From NCBI GenBank assembly GCA_965218095.1, contig OZ244587.1, forward strand, positions 1,760,001-1,824,000: 64,000 nucleotides of DNA, given 5' to 3'. The stretch is from Candidatus Poribacteria bacterium (GTDB lineage: Bacteria; Poribacteria; WGA-4E; PCPOR2b). The notes under the pieces were generated by a model. It did not search any database. It worked only from the letters and a program-made list of their open reading frames with translations, and was not told the DNA's origin. A program made the position numbers and the translations under genes. This document shows, in pieces, positions 50,057-59,214 of the stretch (its first letter is position 1; every line of letters starts with the position of its first letter).

Positions 50057-52177
50057 ATGAAACTGACAACCTTAGCGACATGCAATCTCAACCAATGGGC
50101 GCTCGATTTTGAGGGAAATTTGGGGCGGATTATCGAGTCAATTCAGAGTGCCAAGGAAAGCGGAGCACGCTATCGGCTTGGCCCAGAGTTGGAGCTCTGC
50201 GGCTATAGCTGCGAGGACCACTTCCTCGAACAGGATACCTTTCTCCATTCTTGGGAATGCCTCGCCGAAATCCTCAAGGGCGATTTGACCGCCGATATTT
50301 TGTGCGATATCGGCATGCCGGTCATGCACAAAAATGTGCGGTATAATTGTCGTATCTTCGTGCTGGATGGAAAAATTCTCCTCATCCGCCCCAAGCTGAT
50401 TCTGGCGGCCGATGGAAATTACCGTGAAACGCGATGGTTTGCGGCGTGGCAACGTCCACGACAGTTGGAGGAACACTACTTGCCGCGCATGATTCGAGAG
50501 ATTACCGGACAGGAAACAATTTCCTTCGGAGATGCGGCAATCGCTACGCGGGACACTGCTCTGGCCCCTGAAACCTGTGAGGAGCTTTTTGCGCCAAATA
50601 GTCCACATATCTATCTCGGCTTGAATGGGATTGAGATTATCACAAATGGGTCTGGGTCACATCACGAACTTCGGAAACTCGATACGCGGTTGGATCTCAT
50701 CCGCAGCGCCACATCGAAAGGCGGCGGGATTTACCTCTACGCGAATCAACAAGGCTGTGATGGCGGACGGCTCTACTTCGACGGATGTGCGCTGATTGCC
50801 GTCAATGGAGAGGTTGTCGCGCAGGGGTCACAATTTTCGTTGAACGATGTCGAAGTGGTGACTGCTACGGTCGATCTGGAAGATGTCCGTTCCTATCGAG
50901 GCTCGAAGGTCAGTCGCGGAGTTCAAGCCAGCCAATCAGAGCCGGTGCCACGAGTCAACGCGGATTTTGATCTGACCACTGATGATTTTCGCCTTGCTCC
51001 ATGCCTCCCAATTGATGTACAGTACCATACGCCTGAAGAAGAGATCGCCTATGGTCCCGCGTGCTGGCTGTGGGACTACCTGAGACGTTCTGGAGCAGCT
51101 GGATATTTCTTGCCACTCTCCGGCGGTGCAGATAGTTCATCAGTCGCAACGATTGTTGGCTCAATGTGTCAGATGGTTGCAAAAGAGGCGAAAGCGGGCA
51201 ACCAGCAGGTCATCCGAGATGCGTGTCGAATCACTGGAGCGGATGAAGATACCGACTATCTTCCGACGGATGCGCGAGAATTCGCCAATCGGATCTTTTA
51301 CACATGCTATATGGCGACTCAGAATAGCTCAAAGGCGACACGGGACCGCGCGAAAAAACTGACCAATCAGATCAGCTCTTACCACCTGAACGTGAATATC
51401 GATTCGGTCGTCGCTGCCATGGTCTCCCTTTTTGTGCGTTTGACCCGGAAGACACCTCAATTCAAGGTGGAGGGTGGAACGGAGGCGGAGAACAATGCAA
51501 TGCAAAATATTCAAGCCCGTCTTCGTATGGCCCTCTCCTATCTATTGGCGCAACTGCTGCCGTGGGTGCGGGGTAAACGCGGAACGTTGCTGGTATTAGG
51601 CAGTGCAAATGTAGACGAAAGCCTGCGCGGCTATGTGACAAAATACGATTGCAGCAGCGCGGACCTGAACCCAATCGGCGGAATTAGCAAGACAGACCTC
51701 CGCCGGTTTTTGCGATGGGCGGCGGAGAACCTTGGCTACACCGCACTGGTCGATGTGATCAAAGCCCCACCGACAGCAGAACTTGAGCCGATCACCGAGA
51801 CGTATATGCAGGAGGATGAGGCGGACATGGGGTTGACTTACGATGAACTCAGTCGCTTCGGAAAGCTGCGGAAGATTGATCGATGTGGTCCCGTAAGCAT
51901 GTTTGAGAAGCTGGCCCATGAATGGAATCATCTCACGCCCCATGAAGTCGCCGAAAAGGTCAAACGCTTCTTCTACTACTACTCAGTCAACCGCCATAAG
52001 ATGACAACCCTCACTCCCTCGTACCATGCTGAATCGTATTCTCCCGACGATAACCGATTTGACCTCCGCCAGTTCCTTTACAGTGTCCGCTGGGGGTGGC
52101 AGTTTCGCAAAATAGATCAGCTTGTCGAGCAGATGGAGAGTGAAGTGAATAAGCCAATTGACAAATCAGCATATTAA
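50057..52177 (+). CDS. nadE: Glutamine-dependent NAD+ synthetase, eukaryote (Qns1/NADSYN1)-like
   Basis: Nitrilase domain (GPELE, RPK, ETCEEL) plus synthetase domain ([30 protein letters not shown]). Confidence 0.95.
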   Translation: MKLTTLATCNLNQWALDFEGNLGRIIESIQSAKESGARYRLGPELELCGYSCEDHFLEQDTFLHSWECLAEILKGDLTADILCDIGMPVMHKNVRYNCRIFVLDGKILLIRPKLILAADGNYRETRWFAAWQRPRQLEEHYLPRMIREITGQETISFGDAAIATRDTALAPETCEELFAPNSPHIYLGLNGIEIITNGSGSHHELRKLDTRLDLIRSATSKGGGIYLYANQQGCDGGRLYFDGCALIAVNGEVVAQGSQFSLNDVEVVTATVDLEDVRSYRGSKVSRGVQASQSEPVPRVNADFDLTTDDFRLAPCLPIDVQYHTPEEEIAYGPACWLWDYLRRSGAAGYFLPLSGGADSSSVATIVGSMCQMVAKEAKAGNQQVIRDACRITGADEDTDYLPTDAREFANRIFYTCYMATQNSSKATRDRAKKLTNQISSYHLNVNIDSVVAAMVSLFVRLTRKTPQFKVEGGTEAENNAMQNIQARLRMALSYLLAQLLPWVRGKRGTLLVLGSANVDESLRGYVTKYDCSSADLNPIGGISKTDLRRFLRWAAENLGYTALVDVIKAPPTAELEPITETYMQEDEADMGLTYDELSRFGKLRKIDRCGPVSMFEKLAHEWNHLTPHEVAEKVKRFFYYYSVNRHKMTTLTPSYHAESYSPDDNRFDLRQFLYSVRWGWQFRKIDQLVEQMESEVNKPIDKSAY

Positions 52178-52211
52178 AGCGGAAATCCCGGATGACATCT
52201 ATACTGCCCAC

Positions 52212-52350
52212 TATACTGCCCACCGCCAGAAACTGCGCTTTTTGGCTGTCATTCTGAGGCTTTACGAAGAATCTCAGCGCAAGAGATCCTTCACTGCGTT
52301 CAGGATGACGGGCGCCTCCAAAAGCGCAATTTGACGCGGTGTTGAGTATA
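52212..52350 (-). mobile_element. MITE-like element, shell B, with GTCATTCTGA-type REP cargo
   Basis: tatactgcccaccgccagaaa...gcggtgttgagtata; 12-nt terminal duplication at 52199-52222. Confidence 0.75.
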
Positions 52351-52672
52351 TTGCAAGTTTCTGCGTAATATTCACATTATCACGTTTTACATTTTAGGCA
52401 TCACGTATGATGGTGGGTTCGAGGTATGCTAACTTTTGGGAATTCTTGACTATTAGCTCGTTTGCAGGAAATTGTCGAGGCATCAGCAAACTGGCGTGTG
52501 CGCGTTGGTATCCGTAAAAGAGGAATGGAGATGTTTCGAGTTGATGGACTGATCGCATAAAAGAATTGACTCAGCAGTGCAGCCCTATATCCTCAATGAT
52601 GTAGAGCTTTTTTTGTTTTTATACTCAGTTGGCCCACCGAACTTGAAAAGGTTATGTACACAGCAATTACAA

Positions 52673-54043
52673 CTACAGTTGGCCTGACGACGCGTCCCAG
52701 TTTTCCAGGAGGAATTGGTAAGCCGGGGCCTGGTAACGCTCAAGCAGGAATGCTGACGCGTATTCGGGCAGGTCATCGCCAGTGATGTGAGCCGCCAGCA
52801 ACTCACCCGCCGCCTGAGACCCCATAATCCCGTAGCCGGATAGCGCCCCGATGACATAAGTCCCTTCGATGGGCAGGGGGCCAATTAACGGTCGATTTTC
52901 CGGCGTCTTGCAATAGTACCCACCATCGACATACGTTGCTCTTCCCCGACCAAAATATGCCGACAAACCGGGAATCATCCGGGTGAGGCCACGTATAAGA
53001 ACTTCGGGGTAATAGGAATCAAAAGTCGGCGGCCAGACAGGCTCCTGGGGTGCGCTATCGTACGTCCAAATGACCAAGAGCACGTGGGTGTCCGCGTTCG
53101 TGCGCGGCCGAAAATGGACACCGGCAGGAAACTGACCGAGCAGCCGGCGTGTTTCACCCCGCGCCGCCAGTTTCTCGTGCTCGACTTCGGTCCAGGGTAG
53201 GTAAACTGGGTCGTTCCAAAACATAAGAGACGCCCCGGGTGGCACAATTCCCAGATTATCTCGGAGGGCGATCTTGCCATGCAGTTCATTAAAAACAGGA
53301 AGATCCAACCCTAGCATGGCGCCAACTCGCTTGAGATATGGGCCGGCAGCGATGACGAAGGTGCGGGTGCTGATGTGGTCGCCGGATCGGAGGTAGATGT
53401 GTTGAACCCGGCTGCCGGTGACGGTGACATCTGTCACTCCATCCTGGAGTAAACGAACCCCATGAGTTTGCACCTGATCTAACAACCACCTGCCTAATCG
53501 CTGCGCATCTAGCCACCCACAGCGACGGACGTGCATCGCAGCCACCACATCTTCGGTGACGAAGGGGAACTGCTGTCGGACGAAAGCTCCATCCACCAGC
53601 AGGTCAGCGCCGGTGGGCAGATTGTGAAAGCCTTCAGGCGGAGAAGGGATGTAAGGGGACGGACCCGGGTGCTCTCGGATCGGTCCTGCACCAAGCGCAG
53701 AGATCTCAGCAGCCGCTTGCTTCATGATAGGAATCTGGTGATGCTCGGCCGTTAAGAACACATAACCACGCCGGTTCAATTGGAAAAAATTGTTGGTTTC
53801 TTGAGCCAGTTCTTCCAGCAAGTCAATGGTGCGGTTCATGAAACGCACCATCGCATCGCCGGGACCGGGCCACCAGTTCCGATACGCCTCTGTTCCTTTA
53901 TCACTGGTGAGGGTCAGCGGTGGCCTTTCATCGATCAGTACGATGTCCTTGACCCCTTGCCGGACCGCCAGGTGATATGCGGCGGCAATTCCGGCCATCC
54001 CCGCACCGCAAATGACGACATCCGAATGTTGTTTGGCTGCCAT
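52673..54043 (-). CDS. FAD-dependent oxidoreductase (DAO/sarcosine oxidase-like)
   Basis: CGAGMAGIAAAYHL, AAGP, TPENRPLIGP, SGYGIM. Confidence 0.9.
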   Translation of the reverse strand: MAAKQHSDVVICGAGMAGIAAAYHLAVRQGVKDIVLIDERPPLTLTSDKGTEAYRNWWPGPGDAMVRFMNRTIDLLEELAQETNNFFQLNRRGYVFLTAEHHQIPIMKQAAAEISALGAGPIREHPGPSPYIPSPPEGFHNLPTGADLLVDGAFVRQQFPFVTEDVVAAMHVRRCGWLDAQRLGRWLLDQVQTHGVRLLQDGVTDVTVTGSRVQHIYLRSGDHISTRTFVIAAGPYLKRVGAMLGLDLPVFNELHGKIALRDNLGIVPPGASLMFWNDPVYLPWTEVEHEKLAARGETRRLLGQFPAGVHFRPRTNADTHVLLVIWTYDSAPQEPVWPPTFDSYYPEVLIRGLTRMIPGLSAYFGRGRATYVDGGYYCKTPENRPLIGPLPIEGTYVIGALSGYGIMGSQAAGELLAAHITGDDLPEYASAFLLERYQAPAYQFLLENWDASSGQL

Positions 54044-54101
54044 TGTACTTTCCTCTTCTGTTTGAAAGGTACTTACACCATATTACACCAAAAGATTGGT
54101 G

Positions 54102-54391
54102 TCATTGGGCAGGCTTGGAAGGATGCTGACGCTGCATAAATGCGCGTCTTTGCGTTTCCGTCAACATTCTCATCAGCCGCTCAAACACGGACACGGGGGC
54201 AAGGATCTTTACACGCTGTTGGTGAAGTGGCTCACTGAAGCGCGCTTTCTGCCGTGCGAGATCGTCCTTTCCGGACGTGATGAGGGTGTGCAACTCTTTT
54301 TAGAGGTTTTCGATCTGGTTTGAATCGGTTGATGTTGTTCGTCCGCATCCTTACAGAATTGTCTCAATCTGTTTCTGCTGAAAATTCGTGA
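54102..54391 (-). pseudogene. Possible Spy/CpxP (LTxxQ) family remnant
   Basis: LTNFQ...LTETQ motifs in a helical frame with two internal TAA; the 5' end abuts a MITE. Confidence 0.4.
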
Positions 54392-54482
54392 GGCTCATGT
54401 TAAGACTTCGTGCAAAGGCAAAATTCACACCAATGATTTCGTGGCTTCTCTAACACTTTTGCACTTTCTTTTGACATGAGCC
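54392..54482 (-). mobile_element. 91 bp MITE (relative of 44264-44354)
   Basis: Same ends and length; alignable interior. Confidence 0.8.
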
Positions 54483-54531
54483 AGAAAAATCAGTCTCCAA
54501 AGGGTTTTCATTTGTTCAGCTCCAGTTATCG

Positions 54532-56178
54532 TCATTTATTCCTTCGTTTGGTCACCCGCTGATCCAATTCCTTCAGGTTGAACCGCACGCTGATGACTGA
54601 GTGTTCCTCGCCCGGTCTGTGGACAATGTAGGTGGTGGCAACGAATGTGCCATCCGGTAGCACCTCCAAGCCCGCGTAGCCGCAGTCTCCGTACTCGTCA
54701 GGCGGAAAGTTGCCGTAGTGCTGCAGCAACAGCACGCGGTACTCACCCTCGCAGCCATTGACGAGATCATCGTAAGTGCCAACCCACGCGACAAAGTTGA
54801 ATTTCGTCGAGCTGGCAAGTGCGGTATCTCGGAAGACAATCACCAGGCGACCATCGGGGGCGTAAGCCAGGTTGTGGCGGTCGCCAGTGACGCCGGCAGC
54901 TGCTTCCCTGCATTCGGACCACGTTTGGCCTTCATCGTCGCTGGTAATCACCATCGCGTTGTACGCCCGCGACTGTTCGCGCATCACCGCCGCGAGTTGC
55001 TTTCCGTCAGGCGAGCGGATGACGCCTGGTTCGTCTGGCAACGCATCTTCGTGCTGAGCAATCAACCGCTGTTTCTCCCACGTCAACCCGCCGTCAGCGG
55101 TGATACTCTGCACGATGACGTGGTCGTCGGGGGTTCTGGTTCCGCGATCGACATATATCGCCAGGTATCGATGCCCCGAGATCGGTATGAGCCTGTTTGG
55201 AACGACGATGCAATGCAAGCCGTGGGGCTTGAATGGCGTCCATGTTTCTCCGTTGTCGAGCGAGACCGACTGTCGCATATCGCCATTGCCTTCTAAAATG
55301 ATCAGGCGTTCTACACTGTCCGGACCAGTGAGGTGGTGAATGCACGGGCAGTTTGTGGCTGTCTTCCAGTTATCGGGTACAGGCAGGCGACCGCTCCAAG
55401 TTAGACCGCCATCGGTGCTCTTTTTCAGCACAGCCGATGGGCCGCCATGCCCAAGGGGATAGGTGCAAAACATGGTCTTGTTGTCGGGCAGCAGCACGGT
55501 GTCTGGATGGCCGAGGTACTGACCCGGTTGCTTGTCCACGACAATCTGTCGGTGTTCTTCGTCGGATATATCGATTGTGGGGATAAAGATGTTGATTGGT
55601 TTAGTCCGATTCCAGTTTAGCGGGATTGTCTGTCCCCGGACAGAAAAATCGTGTATCCGCAGCACACCCTCATAAGAACAGAAGCCGACCTTCCCAAACT
55701 CGCCGCCGAAAAGAAAATGTTTCACCGCTGCCTTGTCAACAAGAACAACGACCCTTTGCCCCTTGCGTACCACCTCAAAGGTGAACGGTATGCCAAGCGT
55801 GACCCAATCGGACAAGATGGACATGTGCTGATGACTGAGGACCTCTCGCGGCCAAAAGCCGCAGGTCAAACGGCGAAAACCGTTGATTCCAGCTTTATTG
55901 GCACCAACCACGAAATTCGGTTGATCGTCGTTGCTTCGGATGGTGAACCTGGCTTTGAGATGAAAATCACCGCCGCCGATTGCGCGACCTCCATACAACA
56001 GGGATTTCTTGTCGTAGATCTCGATGTACTCCGTTTCAAACTCCCAGCCGAGCCCGATTTCCCGAATGAGCCTGGGCGCTCCATCCTGAACGAAGACGGT
56101 TTCGTTTGTCGTATCGCTTGGCTCCTTCCCAAACGTTCCAAAAGTCGATTCAACGAGGGAAGCACCGCTAGTATACAT
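54532..56178 (-). CDS. Sialidase-like BNR/Asp-box beta-propeller protein with an N-terminal beta-rich domain
   Basis: Asp-boxes STDGGLTW, SLDNGETW, TADGGLTW, SDDEGQTW; DCGY. Confidence 0.88.
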   Translation of the reverse strand: MYTSGASLVESTFGTFGKEPSDTTNETVFVQDGAPRLIREIGLGWEFETEYIEIYDKKSLLYGGRAIGGGDFHLKARFTIRSNDDQPNFVVGANKAGINGFRRLTCGFWPREVLSHQHMSILSDWVTLGIPFTFEVVRKGQRVVVLVDKAAVKHFLFGGEFGKVGFCSYEGVLRIHDFSVRGQTIPLNWNRTKPINIFIPTIDISDEEHRQIVVDKQPGQYLGHPDTVLLPDNKTMFCTYPLGHGGPSAVLKKSTDGGLTWSGRLPVPDNWKTATNCPCIHHLTGPDSVERLIILEGNGDMRQSVSLDNGETWTPFKPHGLHCIVVPNRLIPISGHRYLAIYVDRGTRTPDDHVIVQSITADGGLTWEKQRLIAQHEDALPDEPGVIRSPDGKQLAAVMREQSRAYNAMVITSDDEGQTWSECREAAAGVTGDRHNLAYAPDGRLVIVFRDTALASSTKFNFVAWVGTYDDLVNGCEGEYRVLLLQHYGNFPPDEYGDCGYAGLEVLPDGTFVATTYIVHRPGEEHSVISVRFNLKELDQRVTKRRNK

Positions 56179-56408
56179 GCTGATTTTCTCCTATTGTATT
56201 CACGAAATGGTATGGGGCACTATAGGGAGTGTATCAAAATATGGGTTGAATGTCAAGGACGATGATATCACTAAATACTTGGGAAGTCCACAATGACAGG
56301 AGAAGCGCGTGAAACGTGACAGGTGATACACCGTGCAGCTCATGGGTGCTGTAGGGGTTTAAGTGTTTTTCAATTACTGATGGTACGTGCACTCCACACT
56401 ATTCGTAA

Positions 56409-57317
56409 TTATCCATAGATCAGGTGCAGGAGGTTAAAGAGAATTATCCCCGCCACAATCAAAACGATAAATGCGAAATAGAAACGGATTGAACTTCCAC
56501 GCGTCCTTCGAGTGGTCATTGCCCCAACCTGCGCACAGATTGTCGATCCAATCAGTAATGGTACAACCAGCCACAGGTCAACGTTGCCTCGTATCGCATG
56601 GGTAACGGTTCCATAAGCGGAAGAGAAGAAAACAATGAGTAGACCTGTGCCAATCGCAGTACGTGTTTCAACGCCATACCCATAGATGAGCAATGGCACA
56701 ACAATTACGCCACCGCCAATTCCAAGCAGACCTGTAAAAATGCCGATGAAGACTGCCGAGTAAGTAACTACAAGGAGTGAGATTCGCTGCACGGTGCTGA
56801 TGGGAAAGGAAACATAGGGTGGGATTGGGATGCGTTGAAGCAAGCCGAGAGGCTCTTTGAGTTTACCCTCTTTTTTGCTGCTGTTGATGACTGACTCGAT
56901 AAGAATCAACCCTGCAATGACGATGAGTACCCCCAGGAAGATCCATTGGAGGTAAAACTGAATAGCTGGAATCAATTGCTTACCGACATTGACTCCACCG
57001 AGTTTGTCCAGCCAGTCGAGCAAGTGCACGCCGATCTCAACACCGACAAAGTTGCCGCCAATAATCATCAATGCCAGCTTTACATCAACATCACCAAATT
57101 GCCAATACCGCGATACCGCAGAGAACGAAGCGCCAGTCGTTTGAGAAAGGATACTTCCGATGCCAATCGGAAAGGGGATGCCGAAGAAGATGTGGAGAAT
57201 TGGTGTGATTAATGCACCGCCACCGATGCCGAAGAACCCGGACAAAAAACCAATGATGCAACCAAGGCCGAGTAACTCAAGGAGATTGGTGGGGATACCG
57301 CTGATGTCAATATTCAT
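56409..57317 (-). CDS. Sulfite exporter TauE/SafE family protein
   Basis: Twice-repeated G-x-x-GIGGG-x-x-x-x-P motif; multiple TMs. Confidence 0.92.
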   Translation of the reverse strand: MNIDISGIPTNLLELLGLGCIIGFLSGFFGIGGGALITPILHIFFGIPFPIGIGSILSQTTGASFSAVSRYWQFGDVDVKLALMIIGGNFVGVEIGVHLLDWLDKLGGVNVGKQLIPAIQFYLQWIFLGVLIVIAGLILIESVINSSKKEGKLKEPLGLLQRIPIPPYVSFPISTVQRISLLVVTYSAVFIGIFTGLLGIGGGVIVVPLLIYGYGVETRTAIGTGLLIVFFSSAYGTVTHAIRGNVDLWLVVPLLIGSTICAQVGAMTTRRTRGSSIRFYFAFIVLIVAGIILFNLLHLIYG

Positions 57318-57779
57318 TTAGCGTGGCGGATTCAGATATGATAATCGATTGGATGGGAGGGGCGTCGTGAACGGTGGGCGCGACGCTGGAAAAAGGTAAA
57401 GATCCAGTTGATGAACGCTCCCCAGCATATTGGAAACAGTAAACAGCCTAAGACAGAGAAAATGGTTTTCATGCAAAACTCCGATTCGGTAAAACATCAA
57501 AATCTGCTAAATAGTATCCATTGATGTTTTTTACACTTTGCAGCAGTTGTGGCGGTTGCTTGAAATGAACAATCGCCAACAAACGGTGTGGTGGCTTGAT
57601 TAGGTCGTCGGACTCAATCGTACTTCCTCGCCCCCTCGTGCCATCCCGATTGCATCAAGGGTAGGTTGCTTTGAATCCCGATCCATCGGGGCTTGGCAGG
57701 TTGTTGAAAGTAAAAAGAATCTGCGTGGGATTATTTAGTCGCGGAAGTCCGCCTACCATTCATTTTTATTGAAAAAATG

Positions 57780-57860
57780 GAACACGGATAACGCAGATTT
57801 GCACGGATTTTGCCAAAGCCTTATCCGCGAAAATCTGTGCAATCCGTGTCATCTGTGTTC
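57780..57860. repeat. Long imperfect palindrome (AACACGGAT family)
   Basis: gaacacggataacgcagatttgcacggattt...aaatctgtgcaatccgtgtcatctgtgttc; related copy near 49827-49905. Confidence 0.7.
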
Positions 57861-58058
57861 TATCATTCTTTAACGGTAGGTCAACTTACGCCGTCGTGTA
57901 CTGGTGTATTCAAGTGTAGCGTAAAGTTGTCGTATTGTAAAGGGAAAAAATGCGATTCGATCGACGCGAGGCAGAGGGAAAATATCAGTTCGAGCAGATT
58001 ATCAGCTTGATGGATATAGGGCAGCGCCTACCCGACACCGTCTGAACAGTTACATCTT

Positions 58059-59108
58059 TCACGACATGGACATTACAACCCCCAACGCCTCATTCGGGAT
58101 TTGGATGAGCTTCTCACACCCATCGGCTGCCCGATCAATGGGAACGACATCCGTAATCAGCGGTTTCACCCTCAGTTTGCCTTCGGACATGAACCGCAGC
58201 ACCAATTCCAGATTTCGTTGAGTTGGCCAGGAAATAAATACCGGCGGATAATGTGCCCCATGTTCGTAGGCTTCGTCGTGATACCCGGGTCCTGTCCGTG
58301 CTGCGCTGATCACGTCTACATTCCCAAGTCCAGCCGCGAATCGGTGCGTAATGGTGGCGCCTCCGACGATGACGATGCGTCCCATCTTATGCGTGTCGGG
58401 AGCCGTCTTGAGCATACTGCGGATCTGACGGAATGCTTCCGTGCCCTCGCCGCCGAAGGCGATGATTCCGCAGTCCACCCCGTATCCATTCGTGAATTCC
58501 TCCGCAATCGGCGCCGGATCGGTTTCTGCCACGTTGATCGCTCCATCCACACCAGCCTCCCGCGCGATCTTCACACGCAAAGGCAAGCGATCTAGTCCCA
58601 TGACATACGCGCCGGCAATTTGCGCGATTTGACAGGCGAGTTGTCCCACCAAGCCAAGGCCCGCCACGACAACATTTTCGCCAATCGCGATTCGTCCACG
58701 CTGCACGGCGTGTAAGGCTGTGGCGGCAAGATGATTGGATGCGGCTTCCTCGTCGCTCACGTTGTCAGGAATCTTTGCGCAGAGATTATACGGCACACAG
58801 GCGTATGTTGTGTGCAGTGCGTATCCACCCCCCATACCCGACACACGGTCGCCAACCTCGAATTCGCCACAATCCCCCTTTTTGTTGATGACGACGCCAG
58901 CGTTGCTATAACCAAAGGGATGTTTCGTCGGATTTGGGCCTGGATTGGCGCGTCGTTCCTTGACTCCACTAAGTTCGGAGCCGGGGCTCACTATTGATGC
59001 GCGAACTTCAGTCAACAACTGTCCCAGCTTGAGTTCAGGGATGGGCTGTTCCTCCGTCCAGATTTCTCCGTTGCTATCCATCACAACAACTTTTCTTGTT
59101 TGGCTCAT
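58059..59108 (-). CDS. MDR-family dehydrogenase (Zn-ligand-poor type)
   Basis: VSPGSE, FGYSNAG, GLGLVG. Confidence 0.85.
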   Translation of the reverse strand: MSQTRKVVVMDSNGEIWTEEQPIPELKLGQLLTEVRASIVSPGSELSGVKERRANPGPNPTKHPFGYSNAGVVINKKGDCGEFEVGDRVSGMGGGYALHTTYACVPYNLCAKIPDNVSDEEAASNHLAATALHAVQRGRIAIGENVVVAGLGLVGQLACQIAQIAGAYVMGLDRLPLRVKIAREAGVDGAINVAETDPAPIAEEFTNGYGVDCGIIAFGGEGTEAFRQIRSMLKTAPDTHKMGRIVIVGGATITHRFAAGLGNVDVISAARTGPGYHDEAYEHGAHYPPVFISWPTQRNLELVLRFMSEGKLRVKPLITDVVPIDRAADGCEKLIQIPNEALGVVMSMS

Positions 59109-59214
59109 GATATTCTCCTTATGGGCAGATGGTTCATGAGTTCATAGGTTCGGCAGTGCATGGGCTGATTCTAATCCATCAAATGAAATCCGACAGCCCC
59201 CTACATTTTACGCA

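Noticed and set aside
54095-54435. Apparent inverted repeat ATTGGTGT/ACACCAAT bounding a mini-IS
   Set aside because: The right-hand copy lies inside the 91 bp MITE, so the 8-nt match is probably chance.
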